NCBI GenBank assembly: GCA_950097015.1 | Contig: CATNEN010000025.1 | Location: 9,548,001-9,612,000, forward strand | DNA from: Macrostomum hystrix | Lineage: Eukaryota > Animalia > Platyhelminthes | Direction: 5' to 3' | DNA: 64,000 bases | Shown: one piece after another, positions 49,204 through 61,200 of the stretch | Layout of the letters: each line of letters begins with the position of its first letter | How positions within the stretch are numbered: the stretch's first letter is position 1 | Notes under the pieces: generated by a model | The model's database searches: none | Told to the model about the DNA's origin: nothing | What the model saw: only the letters and a program-made list of their open reading frames with translations | Made by a program: the position numbers and the translations under genes

Positions 49204-50387
49204 TCAAATTCGCGCGCCAGCATGAGTTTTCGGCCTTGCCGGCACAGACTGAATCCGGTGCTTGTGGTGATGATGCCGCTGCAGCTGCTGCTGCCGTTGC
49301 TGCTTATTGGAGAGGTGACCAGCCGCCGAAGCCTCGGCTGCTGCAACTTGCTCTATCGACAATTGCTGCTGCTGCTGCGGCCTGTGCATATGGGTGCATT
49401 AAGTACTCAAGAATACATAAGATCTGGTTGGCTTTCCTAACCAAATGTTCTCAACCAGAGTACATTATTAGTAAGAGCACATGAGACAGAAAATTTTATT
49501 CCATGATCTTAAATGAATCAACAAAAGTATAAACATTTTCCTATTTTTCAAGCGGGTCGTGACTAGCAGAGCGGTTAACGCGTTAGCCTCTCGCACCAAG
49601 GTCAGTGAGCTCCATTCCCCTCGAGACCACATTCGGGGCGCAGCCGCAGAGAGAAGGCATGGGGGCTTGTCGTGCGATATACATGCGATATATGTCGTGT
49701 GACCCTTGAGGGCCAACCTCAAAGGCGCAGTGAGATTATACACTGCTATGGCGATGATGAAAACTTCGGCAGATGTGCACACCTGTGTGAGAGTAACTGC
49801 GTACAGAATCTGTGTGCGTGTGTTCAGGAGTCAGGAATGGGCAGAATTGTGCTCACAAACCCATTGAATACCATTAAAGTTCTACTCGTAACTCCCAGGT
49901 TTTACCTCTTCCCTGGAGAAGCAATCGATGTGACGCCGACCCAGTCTCTACTCTTCATCTCCAGCACGCGCTGCCGATCCTGTCTCCCCGCGGCCGCAGC
50001 AGCAGCAGCGTCGACATCCTCGGCCAACTGGCTGTCTTCGTTATCAACGTCAGTGGCGGCGATTTCAGTGAAGTCATCGCAGTCGGCAGTGCGTCGAAAA
50101 GTGTACCAGGAGCTCAACCGGCTCGCCTGCCGAATGCGCCGCTTCGCGAACCAATCATCGACGGTTGGAGTTAGCCGGGCGTCCAGCATGCGCGCCAAGT
50201 CAACTAGGACGTCGCGTTCGCGCTTCTCGTTCTCCCGACCCCAGAGGCTGCGGTCTCGCTCGAGTTTGGCGCCGTCGCGAGCCATAAGGTGCTGCTGTTG
50301 AAGGCTGGCCTCGCGCAGACGTACCTCGGCCAGGGGCGGCTGATGAGAGCGGAGGGGATGAGCTGGATGTCCCGCGGAGGTCGGCAT
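49204..50387 (-). CDS. Uncharacterised protein, 2 exons, 219 aa
   Basis: Exon 50387-49906 (AAG AG|gtaaaa) and exon 49381-49204 (cacag|G CCG) are phase-consistent; the intron holds a SINE copy. Ordered-looking core LERDRSLWGRENEKRERDVLVDLARMLDARLTPTVDDWFAKRRIRQ; Q/H-rich tail. Confidence 0.65.
49552..49850 (+). mobile_element. tRNA-derived SINE family 1 copy
   Basis: Colinear similarity with 44836-45120. Confidence 0.75.
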
Positions 50388-51014
50388 CGCAGGTAAACAG
50401 TTCTGTGCAATTTAGCAGATCTGGCAGACTTTATAATTACAATTTATGCCCAACTTTTGTGAAGCACCTCATTTGTAAGCATCAGCGTTAAATAAACAAT
50501 TGAATCTAGCCTAGTTATGGAGAATTATAGCGAATGGCTGAAAGCAATGCCAAGCAGCATGTACATCGGCCAACTGTTTAAAATATTGTCTTGTTTTTCT
50601 CAATTGTCCACTTAAAAAAACACGCGAGTGCTCAAGCGTTCGAGAAAATAACAAATAGCTTTTCTAACATTCATGGCGTAAATAGCCGAAAAGTTAAGAA
50701 GCAACGAACAGAGCTGTCAGTCAGAAGACTAACGAAAATATCTCTATCGAATGTAGCATTTGTGAGCTACAAATAGAATCCAAATGTCTGGCCGTAAAAT
50801 ATGCACCTCTGTAGTTTTTCCCTACACAGTTGTCTATGGCCCAAGCTCAACGCCTTTGCTGCGATAAGAAATTTCGACACGTACAGTTGGTGAATTTAAC
50901 TATTCAAGTCCAACATAAAGGAATTATACGAAAGCTAAAGAATTCAAGCTTGGTGATATTATAATTAGTGGCAATCGATTTCTATAAAAACCTGAAATTG
51001 AATTGCCGATAGAC

Positions 51015-53401
51015 ATGAGCAATAACTTCGCGCTGCCCGATTCCGAGGAGAACCTCTGCGAAATTCGCCTGCACGTGGACTTCGACAACCGCCTGCTGCT
51101 GCCGTTGAGCATTCTAGGCATCGGCTTCGAGGAGGCCTCCCGCTTCGAAATGCTGCTGTATGGTAGGCAGCTCTGCGAGCCAAACTGTCAGCTGATCAAT
51201 TGTGGCAAGTGTCAGCTCAAGATTCTCTACCATGACAGCGCGATTGAGCCGAGGGTATGGGTGCTTGCCTTTTTCGATTATATTGCATTTGGAGCTTAGA
51301 AATCAGGAGAACACAGAGACACATCTACATTAAGCTAGAAGGTAGTGCATGATTCATATTAATCATCACACCAAACAAGCGACCTTCAACAATCTGGACA
51401 GGGATCAGGCCTGGCCTACAGTCCGCACAGCGAGTACCTGTATTGCTTGAAGTGGCAGAAGCAGCCAGCCATGGCGCTACTATCGCTGGTTCCGCACGAG
51501 CAGGACATCGAAGTGAAAGAGTTGGGCCTCTTGGCCAGCTGGTTTGCCACCTGGTTCCAGCGGTCGAAGGCCCTATCTAAAAATTCTCTTCTTAAAGCCA
51601 CTACAGACTCAGGCTTAAATAAAGCCAAAGGTATCGACCAACAAGACCTTGTGTCATATCAGCACAGCGATGAGCAGGTTAAGTCTGAGAACGATGCTGA
51701 GGATGAATCAAGTAAGCCGCTGAGTTCCTTTCAAGAGGACGTCGAGCTCGAGTTGGCCCCTGAACAGGCCGACGGAGAGAACAAACCTGCACAATTCAGT
51801 AATATTGTCAGCAAGTAAGCCATCGAATTGCGACAAAAAACTAACAAAAAGTAATTAGCACCGCCACATTTAATATTCTCCCCCACACACGTCCCAGGTA
51901 TTTGCCCAACATGCGCATCATCTATCAGGTGCGCAATGAGATCATGCTTGTCACCCTGCCGGAGCCCAGCCAGCTGGCGAGGAGCCTCGAAGTTCAACTA
52001 GTCTGCCGCAAGGCGGACTCGGAGCAGCCACTGCAGACTGTGATTCTTAATCCTGGTGACGAGCAGGCGGACCGTGAGCTGGTCGCTGCTCGGGACACGC
52101 CCTACTCGCTGATGGCGAAGCTACCGGGCAAGGGCCACCCGGTGGAACTGCTCGAGCTGGTCACTGAGGGCAAAGTGCTGCGGGTGCAGGAGTCGCGCCT
52201 AGCGCCCAAGCATATGAACTTCCTTATGGAGCGTCGAGTAGATCAACGAGCTACGTTTGTACTGCATGTCACCTTCGACGAGAAGACAATTGATATTGGC
52301 AGCCAGTGGCAAGGCGAGTTCTTTCTTGACGTTGACGCCCAGTTGTGGACGCTGTCCATCGGAACCGTGCCGGCGCATGAACACAAAATTTACCGGGTGG
52401 AGAAGCTGACTGGCGAGCCGACCAAACAATCAGAGGGCTCCGACCAGAGGTTACAGATTTTCGAAGGCGGCGTTAACTCTGAAACGCTGTTCACCCCCAA
52501 TGTCATCCAGCTGGAGCCGCAGTCGGACTACCTGATTAGCGTCATAGAGCCGGACACGTGGAATGTGCTGCCTGCCAGTGTGTTGTCACTGCGGCGCACT
52601 TCGCTCTACGTCAAGGAGCTCAGAAATAGCGACGTCCGACTCCACGTCACAGTGCAGTGCGAGGCTTCCCCTATAACCAGTAACGATAACAATGTAGACG
52701 CTGTCAAGAATTATGAGCAGTCGTACGGCAGAAACAATTGCCATACGTTCCAGCGCTATGCTGACGGCACATTTTTCTGCCCTCTGGGTGACAGCGTTGG
52801 CCACACGCGCTATCGAATTCTGCACATGAGCAACCGACGCACGCTGCATCAACCGAGTGACCGCAGACGATTCAGGTCCAACAGTCGGTGCTCATCAGCT
52901 AGCATATCTGCCACAGGCGTCTCCACCACACCACTTGATGCTGCAGACGCGTCCTCTTATTCTTGCGGCGGCCGCTCAGAGCCCGACTCTGGCCTAGGTC
53001 GCAATCAAAGCAGCCTCATAGATAACTCAGACGCGTACGCTGCGACAACAATGCACCAGTCCAGAATCTGCCTACACCTGAATGTTGACCTGACAACGCT
53101 GAAGGCCCGCCTGGTGGCGCCACCGGGCAATGGTAGAAATGCTTCCAGCGGGCAGTGGCCAGACAGCGACAGTTGCTACGTCATTGTGGAGGAGCCCAAA
53201 ATGGGTGGCAAGATTCGCTCGACGCCGTACCAGCTAGGCCAAGACTTTAGCGTCAGTCGCTGGTGCCACTACACGGTCAAAGCCATCGAGGAGTGCAGCG
53301 TCAGTCCGCTGTTCAAGTTTAGACTGACCGACCGCGAAGTGACGGATGTGAGGCAGTGCGGCGTGCAGCAAGTCCAGCTAACGCACAGTGTCTCCAGATA
53401 A
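51015..53401 (+). CDS. Uncharacterised protein, 3 exons, ~718 aa
   Basis: Exons 51015-51254 (phase 0), 51402-51814 (phase 2), 51898-53401. Canonical GT/AG sites join three track ORFs in frame. No domain recognised. Confidence 0.75.
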
Positions 53402-54194
53402 GACTGAATCCTTCTCAGCTGAATAGTTGGTTGCGCTTCAAACAAAACAAACCTATTTTTCTCTTGCCTACATTCTATACTATTCACAAGTGGACAGCAA
53501 GCCACGTTTTTGTCTCAGGACGCCTTTGTTACTTCGTCATTCTTTTCTTGCTGTTTTTTCTCTCAAGCACACTGCTGGAAGTCTCTTTATTTGTACGCAA
53601 TAAATAGAGAGGGTTGACCGAAGGCAGAGAAATTCCGAATTTAAACTCTAGCAATCGAACAATGAAACAACCGAACCTGAATTTTCGCTGTCTCTGTCAC
53701 CTACCCACTTACATTGCCGCTCCAGTCTTTATATGAACTAAATAAATCTGGTAAATTTTGTTCTGTCGAATATGGACACAGCAGTGGAAAAAATAAATCT
53801 TTTTCAGCGATGGCTTTTTAAAATATATTCTTGCAGATACTATCATGACAAATGAAACGTTTTATTAGACTGATAGAACAAATAGATGGAAGAAAAAACT
53901 AAAGCACAGCGATAACGAATGTTCAGTTATGGTTTCTCTTTGAGAACAAAACAATTAATAAATCACTAAAAGGGCTTTTATCCAACTGTTTGTACAAAAA
54001 ACAAGGCACATGAGATTTTCTAACGAAAAAAGAGAATTGAGATTGACGAAAAACGCGAGCATTCGAGAAGCTGTTGTAGTTTTATATATAACTGTCATTT
54101 AGCAAACTGGTTGCAGTTACAGAGAGCAAGCAGTTTAATCATTAGTCTATGGCCCAAATATTAGTTTATCGCTCATAGGCCCTACGGCCATGGG

Positions 54195-54555
54195 CCATAG
54201 CATAGACTATGAAAAGTACTGAATGGACCATAGACGATGAAAAGTACTGGATGGACCATAGACGATGAAAAGTACTTGGTGCGCCAAAGACTATGAAAAG
54301 TACTACATGGACCATAAACTATGAAAAGTACTGGATGGACCATAGACGATGAAAAAGTACTGGATGGGCCAAAGACTATGAAAAGTACTAGATGGACCAT
54401 AGACTATGAAAAGTACTGGATGGACCATAGACGATAAAAAAGTACTGAATGGACCATAGAGAATGAAGAAGTACTGGATGAGCCATAAACTATGAAAAGT
54501 ACTGGATGGACCATAGACGATGAAAAGTACTTGATGGGCCAAAGACTATGAAAAA
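54195..54555 (+). repeat. 28-bp minisatellite (GACTATGAAAAGTACTGGATGGACCATA)n
   Basis: Visible, about 12 degenerate copies. Confidence 0.9.
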
Positions 54556-55209
54556 AGTAGTTTTCATTTTCATTTTCCATTTCCTTTCTTCTCGCCTAAG
54601 GCCTCGCATATGAATAAATTAGCTTGCTCCCTAGTCTCAATCCGAATGCTAAATGCAGGTCTTATAATAAAGAATGTACGAAACTATACAGAACTGCGGC
54701 TAACTACTAGATTTAAGACTGCGATGCAAAGGGAGATTAATAAAAACTGGACGCAAATCTGTACAGAACAAAAATTTGGTTCTAGTGTTTTAGCTGAACA
54801 GATATTTGATTTTCGATGAAAAAAGCTCCGACAAAAAAAGAATAAAATGTTTCGTTTTTGAAACTGAATAAAAATAGAGTATGATTGAAAAGAACTTCCT
54901 CTATAGTACAATATTTATATGAAAAATATGTACATTAGTTGAGCACTATTGCGAGGCAAGGTTTACGTATCAGCTGAAAAAAAATACGGCATAAATGAAC
55001 TACGTAGGAAAATCACAAAACTGAATTACTAATATTCTAAGCGGTAAATGAAATAATTTTCCTCTGATTAAGTTGCCTACTCTACTGACAGTAGGGAGAG
55101 ACAAAATAGTATGAATAAAAATGAATACAGTCCTATCTGCTTGTAAGTCATCACAGTAATAAGATAGCGTTCATTCACTCCGATTCGAATTCAAATTCGT
55201 GCCACCGGA

Positions 55210-58200
55210 TCAGCGAGGACCGCCGACTGGTTTCTCGCCGGCAAGGCTGAATTTGACTCGCTTCTCACTCTGCTGCTGCTGCTGCTGCTGCTGACGCCGA
55301 GAACGGGGCGGGCGGCGTCGGCGAACTCCTCCACGGCCAGTTTGAGACTCGTCCTCAGATGATTGCAGAGCTTCCTCGTCCTGAGCCGCCGCAGCCGCCA
55401 CAGCCGCAGTCACGGCGGCAACTGCGTCGGCGCCGAAGAGCTCTGGATCAGAGTGGTGTCGCTTAGAGCGACCGATACTGCCGCCTCCACCATTATTGCC
55501 ACCACCCACATCCGCAGTGCCGCCTCTACTATCGTTTCCGCCAGTCTTCGCGCCTGCCATCGCCGCTGCCGATGTCGAAGCCGTCCTGGTATTGGAGCGA
55601 GCGGCGTCGACCTCCGGATCGCTGTCCTCATGACCCAGCATGAAATCGTCGTCTGACCAGGCCGTCTTGGTGTTGCCACCGTCGCTGAATTCGTCCTCTT
55701 CAGTGTCGTAATTGAAATAAAAGTCTTCGTCGCACCAGCAGTGGCGGGCGTCGTCGTCGAAGTCGATTTTCAAATCGGCGACTCGTCGACCGGCGACCGT
55801 CGGCGATCGATAACTGGCATTGGCACTGCCAGGCCGGTCGAGGCGGCAGACCATCTCGGCCAGGTCGGTGAACTTTAAAGAGGCGTCCTCCCGACCGCCG
55901 GCCATCAGGACGTCGGCCACCTCCTGGGCCACCTGGCGTTTCAGCACCGGAAGCTTCTTGGCCTTGGCCCAGCGCTCAATCTGGTCCAGGCAATAGCGAT
56001 ATCCGACATCGTTGATCTCGTCGAATGATCCGAACTGCAGGGTGCCGTATCTCTCAATTGGCGGCCGCATGTATTCGCAGATGCCGTCTGATTTGACGCT
56101 TTCTAATTGACGCACACAGGACACGTAGGCCAGGCGCGATTGGATCTCGGTGAGGTTCGGCACGTTCACCTGGATAAAAAAACAAAACATAGTTCTAGGA
56201 TGCTGAGATTTCTACTGCAAGTAGACTATTACGAATAATGCGATAGTTTGGTAACTACGAGTGTTCGGGAAAACAAAAATAGACCTATAAATTCTCGTAA
56301 AAAGGGATTTCTTAAACATAAACATCAATTTTTCACGAGCTAATGCTGGCATCGATTACAGCTGGGTGAACTGGGTAGGCAATTAAGTGTCTAGGATTCG
56401 AACCCCAGACCACTCAGTTAGGAGTCTGAAGTTCAAACCACTGAGCTACACTTTCTGCAGCAGTGGGCGTAAGATGTTAATATTTCTACTGTGAGTAGGC
56501 TATCCAGAACGCGAATGAGTCAATATTTTGCAACAAAAAACATCGATCCAGACGCACCCTGCAACTGAAGGGATTCAGCTTCTTGTACAGCAGCCACCAG
56601 CCGGACAGTTCGTCGCCATAGTTAGTCAGATTAGTTTCGTCCTGCGAGCCTACATCAACGGCGAACACCGTCGACGGGCCGTACTTTGAGCGCATCACAT
56701 CGGCTGGCAGATTATTGACATAGCCGCCGTCTAGAAGCAGGTTGCCAGTGTCCGGATCGCACAGAGGTGGCAGGTAGCCGCTGAGGGACATGCTGGCTCG
56801 CACGTAGCGCCACAATGACCCGCTGGTGTGCACTCGCATCTGGGACTTAGTAATATCGGTGGTGATGCAAAAGTAAGGCAGCCAGAGGTCTTCAATGTTG
56901 CGATCGCGGAACACTGTTTCAATGCCGCGATTGAACGCCCGGCCAGTGAACATGGCCGTCTGCGGATAGGTCAAGTCGGCCAGCTTGGACCAGAGCGAGC
57001 CCATCTCGCGGGCGAACAGGCGCGCCCGGTCCTGGGAGGGATGAGAAATGGCAATTGGAGGCATATTCTTGTAGCATTTGATTTTGCTCAAACAGCGTCA
57101 GTTTGTTTACGAAAAAACTCAGGCAGACAGACAGCTCAGGCAGACAGACAGCTCAGGCAGACAGACAGCTCAGACAGACAGACAGCTCAGACAGACAGAC
57201 AGCTCAGGCAGACAGACAGCTCAGACAGACAGACAGCTCAGACAGACAGACAGCTCAGGCAGACAGACAGCTCAGACAGACAGACAGCTCAGACAGACAG
57301 ACAGCTCAGGCAGACAGACAGCTCAGGCAGACAGACAGCTCAGGGAGACAGACAGCTCAGACAGACAGACAGCTCAGGCAGACAGACAGCTCAGGCAGAC
57401 AGACAGCTCAGACAGACAGACAGCTCAGGCAGACAGACAGCTCAGGCAGACAGACAGCTCAGGCAGACAGACAGCTCAGGCAGACAGACAGCTCAGACAG
57501 ACAGACAGCTCAGGCAGACAGACAGCTCAGGCAGACAGACAGCTCAGACAGACAGACAGCTCAGACAGACAGACAGCTCAGGCAGACAGACAGCTCAGGC
57601 AGACAGACAGCTCAGGCAGACAGACAGCTCAGGCAGACAGACAGCTCAGGCAGACAGACAGCTCAGACAGACAGACAGCTCAGGCAGACAAGTGCACCTG
57701 AAATCGGTCCAATCGTTGCGTCTCCTCCGCCCACAGAGCGCCAACAAACGCCCCGATGGACGTGCCACCAACCATGTCGATAGGTATGCCGGCCTCTGTT
57801 AAGGCCCGGATTACGCCCAGGTGAGAAATACCCCTGGCGCCGCCACCGCCAAGTACCAGGCCGACGGCGGTGCTGGTGATGACGCGAGCCAGACGGCACA
57901 TATCCGACATGGGATTAGGCGGCTCGGACAGCACATCTCTGTAGGTTTCCAGTATTCGGCCGGGGCTACGTCGCGCAAACACTCGTTTGGGCACCCGGAT
58001 GTGCAGGTGCTGCTGAATCACTAGCTGGTTGTCGAAGTAAGGCTCCGAGGCTTTGTTGAGAAATTCGGCGGCCCGACCCGGCGTCGGGTACTCAGTGGTT
58101 TCGCGGTGGAGCAGAATGAGCATGTTCAGCAGTCGACTAGAGTCCGGTAGCACCACCTGGGAAAATGGGAGAATGAGATTTGATTAATCTAGAACTTTTT

Positions 58201-61200
58201 TATATGCCACTTTTTTAAATAAGCACGTAGAACTTTGAGTTCAAATTGTCTATGAGTGGGTTTTCAGTAATTTAGTATAGAGTTTGAGTAATCTAGTATA
58301 GAGTTTGAGTAATCTAGTATGAAGTTTGGGTAATCTAGCATGGAGTTTGAGTAATCTAGTATGGACTTTGAGTAATCTAGTAATAATAATAAAAAAACGA
58401 ATACATAGTTTAGTGCCAAATATGAATTTTGAGTTATCTTGTACTGAGCCACAATCAGGTGCAACAGACGCCGACTAACCCTTTTAACGTGATTCATAGC
58501 GTCAACTTTATCATCGGCCAGGGCAACAATGAGCAGACAGTCGGCCTGCCGGATGCATCGCCTTGTCCAAACAGTTCGTTCAAGGTCGCACAGGTACAGC
58601 AGCAGCCGGTGGTCGTCTTCCTGCTGAGCTAGCCAGCTGGTCATGCGGTACTCATTGTCGCGCTCAAACGCACGCCTTCCAAATCGCTTCAACACAATCT
58701 GCGACGTCAGACGCATGCTCGGCCCTACAATGGACAGGGCGTGCTGAAGCTCCAGCGCGAAGGCTTCCAGCGGCACGCGAGAGCTGGCCGGAAACAGCGC
58801 CACAGAGCGCAGGTTGGCCATCGGTACTCGATGAAGATCGACCATATCGGCGCCGCGTCCTCGGCCACCAGGATTGTCAACAATGTTACCTAGCAGGCGC
58901 TGGGATAACACGGTGATTAGCCTGGTGACAATGTGGGGATGTCGGCGTTTGATCATGTTCAGAAGGTCGACTGGGATCTGGGCCAGTTCGCTGTCGCGCA
59001 CGGCTATCACTGTGGTGGCGCGTGGCCGCAGCGTGAACACCTGCATTGGGAGCGGGTGAATTGGGGATCAGAACACTCGAATTCGATAGGACTTCAAGAG
59101 GAATGGAGAGGAGGAGCGTTGGGGGAATTTGGGGGAATGGGGTAGCGGAGGGAGGAGCTGAAGGATCGGGTGCTGGGGGAATTGGTATAGCGGAGGGAAG
59201 AGCTGAAGGATCGGGTGCTGGGGGAATTGGTATAGCGGAGGGAGGAGCTGAAGGATCGGGTCCTGGGGGAATGGGGTAGCGGAGGGAGGAGCTGAAGGAT
59301 CGGGTCCTGGGGGAATGGGGTAGCGGAGGGAGGAGCTGAAGGATCGGGTGTTGGGGGAATGGGGCAGTTCAGCCGTTAAACAATAAGCAAACCTCCAAGA
59401 AGCCGATCCAGTCGCCGCGGCCCAACTCTCCAGTCAGCTGTTTGTGGCCCTCAGGCGTTGTGTGCGCCTGTCTCAGCCGACCCTGCAGCACAATGTAAAC
59501 ATTGCTGGCTATGTCGCCCTGTTTGTAGAGCGGCTTACCAGACTCCAAGAACATCCAATCCAGCACGAAGTCAATCTGGCGCAGGAATGGCGACATTCGC
59601 CTGACAATGAAGTGCGCCACATGCAAAGCAACGCTAGGCTGCTGGCGCATTACGGCGTAGAAATCGCGACATGCAATAACGGCCACGTGGGCCTCCTCTT
59701 CGCAGCGAATGGTGAATAGAGAGGCCTCGCCAGTCAGTGCCGATATCATGCCGGTCATTTCGCCTGGCAGCACCGAGTACAGAGTGTTGACAGCAGGCGG
59801 AGCGCTAGCAGACAGCTGGTGACATTGCTGCAGCAGTTGCAGACGGCCGCTCACCACAAAGAACAGATTCGGCGAATGGTCGCCCTGGCGAACCAGTTTA
59901 GTGCCGGTCTTCACGCGGGCCAGAGTGACGCGATCGTCTAGCAGGGAGGCGTCAGAGAGGCCGAACACTGCGGCTATGTCCTGATTGGAAAATATGTGAC
60001 AAGGATAGAATCACTAGCGAAAAGGGGGATGATAATTTAGCATGAATAACGAATATGGGAAAGCGATGGGGATAATAATGTTAATAATTGTAGGAGGGCG
60101 GCTGGCATTGGCACATCACTTGGTGACATTAGACCCGCTGCCAGCGAGGAGGCAATTCGGCTCATTTCTCTGACTCCTGAGCACACACGCACACAGATAC
60201 TGTACGCAGACACTCGCTCACACAGGTGTGTACATCTGCCCTGACTATCTCATCGTCAGTCAGTGTACACAATGATTTGTACACAATGAGTGTACACAAG
60301 GCAATGATTTCTAATGAATTTTTATTTTTTTATCAGGGTAAAACATACATTTATGAGCTACGAGCGTAGATTACTAGAAAAAAGTTTTTGAATAGGCATC
60401 ATCAAGCATGAGGGCTACCTTCTTGGCCGCATCCATCAGCGTACGGAGCAGGGCGTCACTCTGCTCGCTAGCCGGGACCCTTGACGCCCTACGCTTGCCG
60501 CCCCCGCCGCCGCCGTGCGCAGATAGCGATATGTGCCGCCTGGGCAGTTCACCCATCTCAAGGCCCTCTAAACTGCCCTTCATGGTGCGCCTATTGCCTA
60601 AAGCCTTCTCAACGGCGGCGTTAAAATCTGTGTCGGCGTCGGCGGCTGTGGCCGTCGAAGCAGCTTCTGCGGCAGCGTCCGCGGCCGAGGGAGAGCGAGA
60701 ACGAGAGTGTGCGTAGACGCGAACTGGCGGCGTCTGCCGATAAGACTGCTGCTCTAGCTGCGTCGCCTGTTCAATGAGCGACTGCCCGCCCGCTGTTTAG
60801 GGACGAAATTTCAATATAAAAAGAGAATGTAAATAACCGTTTATGCTGAAAAACTGCATGGAAAGTGGCAGTTTTGACTCGGGAATCTGCAGGGAAAGTG
60901 GCAGTTTTGACTCGGGAATCTGCAGGAAAATTGGCAGTTTTGACTCGGGAATCTACAGGGAGGGAAAGTGGCAGTTTTGACTCGGGAATCTGCAGGGAAA
61001 GTGGCAGTTTTGACTCGGGAATCTGCGGGGAAAGTGGCAGTTTTGACTCGGGAATCTGCAGGGAAAGTAGCAGTTTTGACTCGGGAATCTGCGGGGAAAG
61101 TGGCAGTTTTGACTCGGGAATCTGCAGGAAGGGAAAGTGGCAGTTTTGACTCGGGAATCTGCGGGGAAAGTGGCAGTTTTGACTCGGGAATCTGCGGGGA

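Noticed and set aside
56387-56451. Functional tRNA gene (Arg-CCT-like)
   Set aside because: Broken anticodon and acceptor stems; continues into SINE-like body sequence.
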